Below are positions 1 to 11,749 of a stretch of DNA of 64,000 bases, in pieces. The notes beneath the pieces are model-generated. The model was not told the origin of the DNA. It did no database searches and saw nothing but the letters and a program-made list of their open reading frames with translations. The stretch spans positions 30,058,388 through 30,122,387 of the forward strand of contig NC_092670.1 in assembly GCF_964355755.1 (NCBI RefSeq). The letters are read 5' to 3'. The position numbers and the translations under genes are program-made. Numbering within the stretch: the first letter of the stretch is position 1; every line of letters starts with the position of its first letter. Source of the stretch: Antedon mediterranea. Taxonomy: Eukaryota > Animalia > Echinodermata.

Positions 1-280
1 AATTTTAACACGTAATTCTTTAGTAATAAATTATATTAAAAACACCATAAACTAAAGGCCGATTATTTCGACAATCCACACAAAACGCCGCTATTCTTCA
101 ACAGCGGAGATAGGCCTAGAATCGTACCGCACTTGTGTAAACACTTCTTGTTGCTATACGCTTGGGTGCACACGGAACAAGAAAATTTAACTGATGAATT
201 ATTCATGTTTATTGTGTGACGTTTCATGAGGGGGTCCCCAACTTATGTACGAAAAAAAAAATCGCGTTCCGTTAGGACCA
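1..280 (+). repeat. Dispersed repeat family, copy 1
   Basis: 1-136 is the reverse complement of ~55160-55317; 128-270 is the reverse complement of ~54075-54215 and a direct match to ~55800-55940. Confidence 0.8.
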
Positions 281-1234
281 TGAGATACTTCTGCCAATGT
301 TGCAAACCGTCTAACGCGTCTTCCTTTTTAGGCTGAAACGGCCCACTCCGTCGCGGAAGTCAAAAGATGTATAAACTAATAATGTATTAATCATACCAAT
401 TAGAATTTATTTTTATAATTTTTTTTTTTATTTATTTCTCTCCCAATAAAATATCACTTAGAATAATAATTATACTTTTTGTAGTATATTTTATCGGACT
501 GTTATCTACATTTTGTTAGTCTTACAACTTTCATATCTATTAGAGGATTTTATTGGATTGTAAATTCTCTCGAATAAGCACCTCCCTATAAATGAACTCC
601 GCCTCCTCACCTCCGCCCTACAAAGGGCTCTACCAAACCATAAACACTATACTTTAAAATGTTATTAATCATCTAAGACATTGTGAAACAAAGTAGGTTT
701 TGTTTTACGAATATCAAGAATTTCAATAAATGATAACCGACAGAAAACGTCGAAGCCAGAACGTCCTTCTAAAATTGTTTACTCGAGTCGAGTCATTCCG
801 AGAACCATCGTCTTCACTTCCTAGACGGGGAGCAAGCGAAGCGAGCTCACCTTCTAGTTATTATAATTTTCAAAAGCTATCGTGTATACTTACTAGAAGG
901 TGAGTGTCTGAAGTAATCCAAATGGCATTGTAGCCAGATGATTTCTTTTTAACCGGTTCATTTCAGGTAACAAAGGGCAATGCATAAAATCCATGTAGTA
1001 GGGAAGTTACATCATGTAACCGTATGTACTAGTTAAATGCAGGAAACTTAATCTTAAGTTGATATGATAGTCTCTAGTGTTATGTTGTAGTATACATTGT
1101 ATAGCTTACAGTTGGATAATTTTTTTACAGTAGTAAAACAAATGTCATAATATAACGCTTTGAAAATGCATTGTTGATGTACAAAATGTGGGTTGATCCC
1201 TAGATGTTAACATTAATTACATAGGCATGGTTTA

Positions 1235-1620
1235 TAAACCACCCACTATTGCATTTCATCGTCCTCACAACCTTCGTGATATATTAGTCAGATCCAAATT
1301 TAATAGTGAAATTAACACTCATGACAGCCAATAATGGGCTTTTCCGCAAATCTTGCAAAACGTGTTTATTGGTTGATTATACTGAAAAATCAATTAATTG
1401 TCTAACCAAAAAACGTCCTTTATCTCATATACTGTAATATTTGTGGTACGTCGGGAAAACAAACAAAAAACTCTCCCTATGAGAATAACAACACAGATCA
1501 GCTATCAAAACATTTAAGCTTGATCAACCTGTAGCCGAACATTTTAATTCAGCTGGTCACTCAAATTGCAAATTTCAATAGACCACGATGTCAAATCGAG
1601 CGACAAAACTCGCAAAGACA
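1235..1620 (+). mobile_element. Degraded Penelope-like element 3' part (linker + GIY-YIG endonuclease)
   Basis: Broken frames read PTIAFHRPHNLRDILVRSKF, CKTC, YLIYCNICG/YVGKT and DQPVAEHFNSAGH, motifs typical of PLE C-termini; ends near a short TA run. Confidence 0.75.
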
Positions 1621-2139
1621 AAGAATATATATACGAGTAAGAGTTAACTAGATCGTCTGGTTACAGTGCTCGATACCATTGGTAGAGCTAGATATGTATC
1701 ACAATAAAAATAAAACTTGGTTACTTCATGGTACTTTATTGACTATAAATTTGTTTTGTATTCTAGCAAAGCTAACACACTCGTCGGGTAAAAAGTACAA
1801 CCATAACTGACACAACTCTACAGGGTTACATAACATGTATGGGCAGCAAGTCGGATTGTTTATTTGTTTATAATTGCCTATTGTTTGTGGTTCTGTTTGT
1901 GTTATTAATTATAAATGTCTATGTCTACAAGTGATACCAGCTCAGTTTTGCTGTTAAGTGTGCCAAGTTTAGGATAACATATAATAATGTATTTTTCATA
2001 TAGACTCAATTTACATCGCTTAGTTACATTTGAGTAAGCTTTACATTGTTTTATAATTTCATCATTTAATATTATAGTTTCTATATGTTTGCGTCTCTGA
2101 GAGTACATATTTTTTACTTTCTGAAGCTATGAGTGTGAT

Positions 2140-2560
2140 TTCTCTACCGCGTTTTACGTTGATTCTCTGTTAGCCCTACATACGTTTCTTGCTTGTCATT
2201 GTCCACCCTGGTCACTGTTCCTTGGTATACTATTTCTTTTGTCAAGACATTTTTTCTGAGTGGGCATTCACTCTTTACGCGGAAGTTGCAATTGTCCGTA
2301 TTGTTTGGGGGTGCTATCAATATTCGGCATACAACTATAACTAAGGTTTAGTGTGTTCCTATTAAAAATCTTTCGGAGCTTATGGCCTTGTGGTAAAACA
2401 CTCATCCACTAAATGTAAAAATTTTGTTTTTAAAAAAACTTTCTTGCTGCACGGAGGATTGAACCAAATGATGTTCCTGTTTCTTAGGTTTAAACTATAA
2501 CTCATGTTCATATCCACTATTTCTAAGTATTTGTTGGTATTTAGGTATTGCTGCATGAAA
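2140..2560 (-). mobile_element. Degraded Penelope-like element C-terminal/GIY-YIG fragment
   Basis: Minus strand reads RNIIWFNPP, KIFNRNTLNLSYSCMPNI, CNFRVKSECPL, KEIVYQGTVT, ETYVGLTENQRKTR. Confidence 0.8.
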
Positions 2561-2607
2561 ATTCGTTTTCTCAATGAAGACACAACAAATAGATAGATAA
2601 GGGCTTG

Positions 2608-2890
2608 TCAATTTGATCTCTGGTTCGTTGAGGGGCTAGTGCTGTTCCGACGTACCACGCCGAGAGTGTTAAAGAGTCGTTATCCAATTGGGTTTGAACT
2701 ATACCATGAAAGCCCCCAGTGGCCTTTTAGTTATCAAGCAGAAGGTTTCGGGTTCGTGTCTCGTTTGGGGAGACTTTTTCCCATTCACACAGATTTCCTT
2801 ATCTTATCGTTTCAAACTAATTAATTAAATTCCAGTATATTACCGGGCGGTTTAGAATTAATGTTCTATGTCTAATGTGTTTATATAATA
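2608..2890 (+). repeat. Diverged copy of tRNA-like cassette unit family B (see 18182-18622)
   Basis: Aligns by eye to 18518-18620 plus 18250-18455 (CTAGTGCTGTTCC..GTACCACG..GTTAAAGAGTCG..GAAAGCCCC..TATCAAGCAG..GACTTTTTC); ends in TATATA. Confidence 0.8.
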
Positions 2891-5095
2891 TATCTGCCAT
2901 ATACGAGTACAGGAGAATAAAGGATGGGAAGTGATTGTAGGAGAGTGAATGAAGAGATGGAAACTGGTGGGAAGGCCTTGTGATGCATTAAACTTTACCC
3001 CCTCTGGAAGAACAGTCTTAGACTTAAGAGGGTACCCAGTATAAAGAATAAATAAACAAATAAATAAAAAACAATATAATAACTTTATACTATTGCATTA
3101 AAATAAATTCATTTATCACTTGTAATTTCAAATGCAAACATAGGATATAATTTATTCTGAAGTCATTGGGAATTCCCCACCTGGCTTCAAATCTAATCAG
3201 TGGCTTCATTTTTTTCAAAATTCGAGCTATTAACAGTAAAATACAATACATAACCAAATAATTGGTGTATTATAACAATTAGATTTTCTAGTAAAGATGA
3301 GGAAATAATAGCCTGGGTCCAGTACAAATTTTGCGAGAAAAATGTTAAGGTATTTTTTGTTTGTTTTCTGATAGAGTATACCATATAGAATGTCAGAAAA
3401 AAAGTCCCCATCCCCATCCATCCCAGGGTCTTCGGCAAAATATTTTACGGCATTTTTAAATGTAGGCCTATATAACACACACAAATGCCTATTAACAGAC
3501 ACAAATACCATACATAGGGATAGGGAAACATTTTTTTTTAATGCATTGTTTTTTCCATACAATGTACAATAGGCTTACTATCTTAAAACAAAACACGAAT
3601 ATACATCTACTTACAGTAATTGTCCTCCTCCCCAGTCTTCCTAACATTATAATCTTGATCAGCCTATGGATAATGCAGATTCACCTATGTATTTATTTGA
3701 GGGAACTGGAATAATTCATGGGTGTTGTTTCTTGCTATCCACCAAAATAGACTGCAAATTACCGACCAGGGTGTTAAGCTTTTAGAAAGGATCAGTAGGC
3801 TATTAAGAGACATCACTTTTGGTATTATTCCTTGCACGACACCAGAGATTATCCAAACATTGATCTGAATCCTATAGTGATTTAACCGGCATTTACTCAT
3901 TGTATGCACAAGACCAAGTTACTAAGTTATTTCTGTGTTCAACTGCTCTTCATTAAATCTGTTAAAATCGTTACAACCAAACAAGCAACTTGTGAGTGCA
4001 ATAGAAAGCATATAATATTAGGAACAGATGAGTCCCACTATCTGATAGCTATGCGGATCCAGGATTTTTTTTTAAATAGGGGTTTGGTGAAATGAAAATG
4101 CTGAACACGGTTTGATGTTTTTTGCAATATTAAATTGACAAAGTTTTTATTATTATTATTGTTAACAAAACAAAATATAATAGGCCTGGGACCTAGCCTC
4201 GAAGAACATAATAATGTTGGTGTATTTTATTTATCCTTGCTATTTTTTAAATTGTAGTAGTTTCATCAAACGTTTAAACAATGTAAAAATTAATATAATT
4301 TAGTATTTTTTAATGTGATTTAGATTTTGAATAAACTTAGAATACGAACAATTAAATGTTGATTGTACACTGCATGTATGTGAACTTGTTTTATTGCCAT
4401 ATTTTTAATAATTGAAAATTTAGATTTGTTTCTGTTTATCATTGAAAATCAAAGTTGATTCATTTCATTAAACAACAATAATAATAAACTAATGGATAAG
4501 AAGTGCTTCTGTTGATCGACTTCTGACTGGAATGATTTGTTATTGCGCTAGGCTTGCGGATCTAACTCGGTTTGAATGTCTTTTGCAATATTAAATTTAT
4601 AAAGTTGATTTGTATTATTATTATTAACATATAACCATACAATACCGGTAGGCCATTATTGGACAAAATATGTCATCAGAATCTATAGAAACATGTATGT
4701 TCTGAACAATTCGACAATAAAAATAATTTCATATATACAATATTTTTAAAGTTATGCGATTTTAAGTAGTGTAAAGTTCAAAGGTCAATAATGTTAGAAT
4801 CGGCCATTTGCTGCAAAAACATGCCATTTGACTAGATATAAATGTGTAGTTTTTAAATATTTTGAGCCATATTGTGTGTCTTTTAGATTAGTGGTTGCTA
4901 AGATATGATAAATCAAGGTCAAAGGCCAATAATGTTAGCAATAATAATAATAACTAGAGGGTACTCCGAGAGTACAAACCTCCGCCTACTGTAAAATTCC
5001 CCTACATAAAATTCCCCCAGAATATTTTTTTTTTACATTTTTTTTTATTCGTTCTAAGTGTAAATATGTTAACTGCACACTACAAAGTTGTGGAT

Positions 5096-5170
5096 GACAG
5101 TGTGGTGTAATGGTTACGTATCCAGCCTCTCACAGTTGAGATCGCTGGTTCAAGTCCCACTGAGGGTTTT
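5096..5170 (+). ncRNA. tRNA-like pseudogene cassette (Pol III A/B boxes) inside the HINE
   Basis: A box TGGTGTAATGG, loop CTCTCAC, B box GGTTCAAGTCC, followed by a long T run; stems are poorly paired. Confidence 0.55.
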
Positions 5171-6191
5171 TTTTTATTATTTTTTTTTATTTATTTTTTT
5201 TTTTTGTGGACCTTGATCTTTGACCCTGACCCTTCAAAATTTAACCACAATTATATGATGTGACATTGATCATTGTGGCTAAGTTTGGTGACAATCAGAT
5301 CAAAACTGTGGTCTCTAGGCAGTAAAATAGTTTTTTGTTAGTTGTGACCTTGACCTATGACCTTTCCCCCTCAAATTCGAACTCGTCCAAGCTTTTTGGG
5401 CATAGATCATTGTGTCCAAATTTGGTTAGAATCGGATAAAAACTGTGGCCTCCAGGCTGTTCACAGACACACACAGCTAGTCTGTATCAATGATGCATTC
5501 TCAGATGAAGCTTGCCTGGAATATGGTGTACCACAGGGGTCAGTAATTGGGCCTGGCCAGTTTTCCATTTATACGCTCCCCTTGGTGACATTATTCGCAA
5601 ACACAGTCTACATTTCCATTTCTATGCAGATGATACACAGATTTATGTGTCAGTAAATCCAGTGCAAAGGGATGTTGCTGCAGCAATCAGTAAGATGGAA
5701 GCCTGTATAGAAGATGTTCGCAATTGGATGACAACAAATTACCTAAAGTTGAATGATGGAAAGACAGAGTTTATTATCGTCGGGTCTAAATGTAACATCT
5801 CCAAAATCAACATCACACATATCAGAATCGGAAACTCTAACATCGCTCCCTCATCGGTGGTCCGGAATCTGGGAATCATGCTGGATAGTTATCTCACTAT
5901 GGAAGCACAAATAACAACTGTATCCAAAGCAGCATGCATATCGATTAGGAACCTTGGTCGTATTCGCGGTAACCTTAACAAGAAAACAGCTGAATTGATT
6001 GTACACTCATTTGTCACTTCTAAAATTGACATTGGTAATGCCTTGTTGTTTGGCATACCAAAATCTCAAATACAACGTTTGCAGCGCTTGCAAAATATGG
6101 CAGCTAGAATTGTAACTTATACAAAATCAAACGCTCACATAACTCCTGTCCTGATGGATTTGCATTGGTTGCCTGTTCAACAACGTATTAA

Positions 6192-9100
6192 GAGCCATTG
6201 TCTGTAAGAATCAAAGAAATATCAAAAAAAGTGGCAGACTCAAAAAAATGGATTTCTTTCAAATTTTGCACATGGCTATATATGTGTTGAGAGAAATCAA
6301 ATATGAAGTATTTGTTATTTCAAACGTATATTTCCATGGCAACGGCCAAATTTGTGTTTTTGACAAATTTTGTCCTTTTTTAAGGTTTTTTAAAATGGAT
6401 ATTTGCACTACTTTGATGAACGATATTTTTGTGTTGTTCATTTAATTATAAAAAATAATTAGTGTATGCATAATAACAATGCATTGTGTACCCGTTTCAA
6501 ATTTTTTTTTTTTTTGTTATTTCATACTTTGGGAGATACCATTTATTTAAAAAGGGGTGTTTTTCACTTTTTTTAAATTGTTCAATGCAACTAAACTTTA
6601 CTTCACCATAACGCCCAAAGTGGTGTATTTTTTTAGCTGATTTATTACAAATAGGTAGTTCTAATGTTTAATAATTGATTTCTAAAATAAAATACTGGGG
6701 TAAATTTAAAATCTACAAGCAGTGTTGCGAGAAACATAGGCATTTTTATATAAAAAAAAAACATGGTATATTAGTAAAAACATTTTATTTTCTTTGATTA
6801 TTTGATTTGAAACTCATTGGTCAGAAAAATTCTTAATGTTTTATATAGTTCTAGTTGTGTTGTGAGAAAAAAAATTAATTTTTAATTATAGATTCTGTAA
6901 TTCCCAGTTTTAATGTCATTTTATAGGTTATATCCTCTGGAAATTTGAATAAATTATCAGATCGTTGTGAATTTTAATCTTTGCAACAGATTACTCCTCT
7001 CTTATTTTGAAGCTCCTCTTTCATTTGTTTACTTCTTTTATTTGCTAACCTAAGCAGATCCCATATGCCCATCCACCACCACTTTCGACTACCACCCCTC
7101 CCCACCCCCACCCCGACTATAACCACAAAAAGATAAACTGCAACACTTTGGTCGATCATCCACTATAGAGTGTCAAATGCATGCATTCAAGCACCACCCA
7201 CACTGCCGCTACTATCGCCCCAATGAATAGACGGATTCAAACTCCTCCATCCAACCACCTCCCCCTTTTCTCCAAGCCCCCACCCACCCCAAGTTAAAAA
7301 TTGCAACGCAAAAGATAGGACATAAAGTTAAGTTTTTAGACCCTCGCCTTCAACCACCTAACTATTTAAAAGTCCTGGATCCACCACTTTCCCCTCCCCA
7401 AAATAGAACCAATCAAAAGTCAATGATATACTCAGGTATGTTAATGCTACATAACAAATATTGAAGCCCTGATTTGAAATTTCATTTCATTTAAGGTCAG
7501 CATGTAAAATATCACACTTTATTATTAAATATTGGTTTTAAATTCTATATTTTTTTTACTGTGATGGTTGGATTCAGTAATAATTATTAATTAATAATTA
7601 TCTGATAATTATTTAATTTCCCTTAGTTATGCATAGCAACAGTTACTATGGTAACTAAAAATGAGATATTCTTTAGATTTTGCATATTTATCTCATACAA
7701 ATTTAAATTTGTAGATTATTAGCAGGCATGCCTTATTTGCATTTTCAAATTACCGTTTCACAAGGTCATATTCGTAAGAACTTTCTTCTGTGATTATTTT
7801 TATTCATGAAAACCCCATATTTTATTTACAGCGGCCACCTCCCTTAACGGACGCACTTTGAAAAGCCTGTTTGTTCTTCCTATCTAATTAGTGCATTTGG
7901 TGCTTACCGTAAGCAGCTGCGAGCACCTTTTTATACTAAAAATGAGATTTTTTGTAAGCGGCCAATCGAAAAATGTGATACTTATTGCATGGACCTATGA
8001 ATTAGAGGTGCATGTTTATTGTATTTCTTTATATATTAGCTTTATTTTGAAGAGGTTTTAAAAACATTACTGTGAAGAGATGAGAAAACTACACAGATTT
8101 TGACCGACCATTTTTCATATGATAAAAGTTTTTAAAATTTGTCTGAAAATGCTAAAAAATACTAAACCACCTGATTATAAATAATAATATGCCTACAATT
8201 AGCTGGAAAATTGAGAGGCTCGTTTCGTTAAGAATATCGTATATAGCCATAATAAGTGATTTTGGCCCTTTATCGGCAGAACCTCCCGTAAGGGGTCACC
8301 GCCCGTAAGCGGCCACTTTTCCAGGTCCCGAGGGTGGCCACTTACGGGAGGTTCAACTGTATTTAACAAAACAATTATCCTTAGTTACGCATAGAAACAG
8401 GTTCTAAGATAACATAAATAATACATTTTGACATAACTTGACCCAAAAAATGACCCTTTCACAAGGTCAGACATTTTCTGGGATTCAGTAGATAAGTAAA
8501 TTTGGGAAAAGGTAGTAAAGCTATGTAATCAATTGTTTGTAGTCATGAAACCCCATATTAAAAATATTGTACTTAGTTACGTATAGAAACAGTTGCTACA
8601 ATACACTATAGGTAAAATGTTGATGTCATTTGACCTCAATATGTAAAATTTTTATTTTTTCATGAAACTCCATATTTAATTTTTTTTTAAAATATCATTT
8701 GTTACGTAAACAGGTTTAAGATAACACTAAAGGTCATTTTTTTTTCACCTTTATTCAGATTCGTCAAGACTTTCTTTCTGAGATTATTAGGATTCAGTAT
8801 TTAAAGTAAATTTGGCAAAAAGTAGAAATGTAAAACTATGTAGAAAAAATGTTTTTTATTTATGAAAAACCCCTTATTTTTTTTAAATTTTCGCATAGAA
8901 ACAGTTACTATGGTAAAATGTTGACCTCAAAATGAATGAATTTACAAGGTCAAGTTTGTCATTAATGGAATGCAGTAGAAGTAAAATTGAGAAACATGTA
9001 CAAATGCAATCAATTCTTTGTATTTATAAAAACGCCATTTTTTACGTTTTTTAAAAATTACTTCCCTTAGTTACACATAGAAATGGTTGCTAAGGTAACA

Positions 9101-10100
9101 CTATAGGTAAAATATGAAAATTGTTGAGAATTGTTATGAACTATCTTGTAAATTTTGATCAAACATTAATAGTTGTAGTAAAGTGGGGACCTGTCCTGTT
9201 TTGCAATCTGACCCCTTTTGACCTCAAATGACCTATTTACAAGGTCAGATTTTTTGGGAGGTCTTTCTGTATCTCTTTACACAAAATAGATTTAAAAATT
9301 TATAAAAACCATTGACTCAATTATTTCCAAGTTTAACATTATTTTCCATCAACTAAATATTTCAATGCAAAATACTGTTTTTCTGGCAATTAATTGAAAT
9401 AAACCTGGCAACACATTCTCCTATTTTATCTAAACTATTTGTATGACTCTAGTAGCAATATGACAAGCCATATATACATTTTATTATTGGATTAGCCATA
9501 TTTAAATTGTGTTTCATGTGTTTTGTTTGTTGATATTTTGTTATATTTTTTGCATTTTTCGTATTTTCCTGGCAACACAAAACATATGTACGAAATTTAC
9601 CCCAGTGTTTTTTTCGTGATTATTGTTGAAAAACCTATTGACTATCAAATTAAAAAACCTCATTGATTTAAAAACACCACTTTGGAAGTTATAGGTACGT
9701 TTATGAGGTATACTTTTATAAAAAAAATATTTTTTAAAAACACCCCTTTTTAAAATAATGGTATCAACCAAACTCCATTTTGTAATTTATTTTTTTTCTA
9801 CATTAAATGGAACTCAATACATGTTGTTTACACTGCTATAAACAAAAACTGTATAATGTAAGTATTTTTGGTTAAAATAAGTATACAAGTTTGTACTTTT
9901 TCACTATAGAAAATCTGTGAAAAATGGCAAAAACATCAAAATTTGGATAATTGACCGTTGTCATGGCAACGGAGGCTAAAAATTAAAATGAATGTTGTAG
10001 ATATGCTTTTTATTGAAATGTCTAATCATGGTAAAAATTTGAGAGAAATCCATTTTTTTACATCTGCCACCAAATCTTTGATTTTTACAGACAATGGCTC
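6192..10100. mobile_element. Non-autonomous TTAA DNA transposon, Kolobok-like (3.9 kb)
   Basis: 26-bp TIR GAGCCATTGTCTGTAA(G/A)AATCAAAGA with 1 mismatch; TTAA TSD at 6188-6191 and 10101-10104; purine-purine termini favour Kolobok over piggyBac; no transposase ORF. Confidence 0.85.
7829..8359. mobile_element. Tc1/mariner (pogo/Tigger-like) MITE nested in the Kolobok-like element
   Basis: TA|CAG...CTG|TA termini; imperfect TIR CAGCGGCCACCTCCCTTAA vs CAGTTGAACCTCCCGTAA; repeated CCCGTAAGCGGCCAC subterminal motifs. Confidence 0.65.
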
Positions 10101-11749
10101 TTAAGTACAAACTTGCGTTGTTTGTATTCAAGATCCTAAATGACAGTGCTCCTGCTTATTTATCTGACCTTGTGGATCGTTACGAATCATCCCGCAGAGG
10201 CCTACGATCATTGTCACAAAACCTTCTTCAAGAGCGTAGAGCGAAAAATCAGTGGGGTCAGAGATCTTTTTACGTTGCGGCCGCAAGTGTATGGAACAGC
10301 TTACCAGCAACAGTTAAATGCTCAACTAGTCTAAACAGTTTCAAGACCAACCTAAAGACGTCGCTATTCGCTGATGTTCTCGCACGTTGTTAATGCACAA
10401 AGCGCCATGAGCGCCACATGGGTGGACGATACCGGCGCTATATAAGTTTTCATTTATTATTATTATTATTATTACACACAAACACACACACAAACATACA
10501 GGGGTGAAAACATAACCTCCTTGGCGGAGATAATAAAACATATATTTCTAACAATTTTGACACCATACTGTGACTAGCGGTTTCCAAGATACAGAGTACG
10601 TTAAATTAAACATGGCCGACATTTTTAATTATGCAAATTAGGCTACTTCCTGTTGTCGAAAAATGTCCTACCGTTGATAAATGTGTTCAGTGGAGTCTAA
10701 AGACGATATTTCATCAAATTTCTTGCAATTAGTTTGATTTAAAAGTCTAAATCCCATGTACTATATACTAGGTTTACACCTTACAAAATCCCCTATATTA
10801 TGGACAGCACAATGGATGGCGCACTACTCCAAAAAAAATTAATGCTATTAAATCTACGGTTCATCGCGGTACGTATGAGGTATGTATCCAATGCGGAGAT
10901 TTGTCCCGACGTTTTTCCATTGTGCTCGTCTATGTCAGAATTAAGCATCATTTATATAGCTAATCATAATGTTGGCTAACAGCCAATTTAAGAACATCTT
11001 TTGAGTAAACCAATCAAACTTGTTAATGATATTTTTCGATGTCATTTCCTCGAATTTTTATTAATATTACATAGGCCAATGTCTTATATTTTTTTCATAA
11101 GCAAACAGGAGTAAGTGATACGGTCGTTAATTTGTAAAGAAATAAACATAACAAATGGTAGACATAATCATTAATTATGCAGCAAGTTACCAATCTTTGC
11201 CTACCTCTTCTTTGTTGGGTGCAGATGGCGTTAGTTGCAACACAATGTCCCATGTAAGTACAAATGTGTTTTTTTTTCAATTAGGCCTACTTTATTATTT
11301 AGTTAAGAGTAATTATTTACACCCATCCCCCTTTATTTCTCAAAATTTTAATTAATAAATTTCTTCTTTTTCCCAATTACTTTTAAATTGTTGGGTTCCT
11401 GATTCTTTTTGCTGGTTTTAAAATATTCCTTTTGTAATAAGTAACCGTAACATTACAAGTATATCATATAATTCTGTTATGTTTTAAGCTACATTCACGA
11501 CGATGACGTTGATAGTAATGACCAATGATAGATGTACGGATGAACGAGCGAATCAATTGTATCTTTCTTTTTTTTTTGTATCGGTGCTTTAGTGATTTTG
11601 ATTGTTCAGGTCCAAATTGATATATGATTTATCCAGAAAATGGTAAATGGAGATACAGATCACCAAGAGGATCAATATATGATGCAGGTAACATAGAATA
11701 TGTATGTGTGTTTGTGAATAGAAACACATTATTATTATTGTTGTTGTTG

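Larger units (their letters stand above)
5477..10472 (+). mobile_element. 5'-truncated L2-clade LINE (RT C-half + 3' UTR), interrupted at 6192-10100
   Basis: GVPQGSVIGP, YADDTQ, LKLNDGKTE, LHWLPVQQRI; removing the insert restores RIKYKLALFVFK..WNSLP..FKTNLKT; 3' stem AGCGCC..GGCGCT-ATATAA then (ATT)n tail; frameshift near 5580. Confidence 0.9.
4952..10537 (+). mobile_element. Helentron-associated (HINE/DINE-like) non-autonomous element, split by an L2 insertion (arms ~4952-5476 and ~10473-10537)
   Basis: 5' subterminal ACCTCCGCC (~4978), CA microsatellite interrupted by the LINE, 3' end AAAACATAACCTCCTTGGCGGAGATAATAA; a similar 3' end occurs at ~37845-37892. Confidence 0.6.

Noticed and set aside
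3590-4060. Possible old minus-strand LINE 3' remnant
   Set aside because: No diagnostic motif could be read with confidence
11610-11687. Exon-like segment (CAG|...|GTAAC)
   Set aside because: Stop codons in all three frames; cannot be linked to a gene
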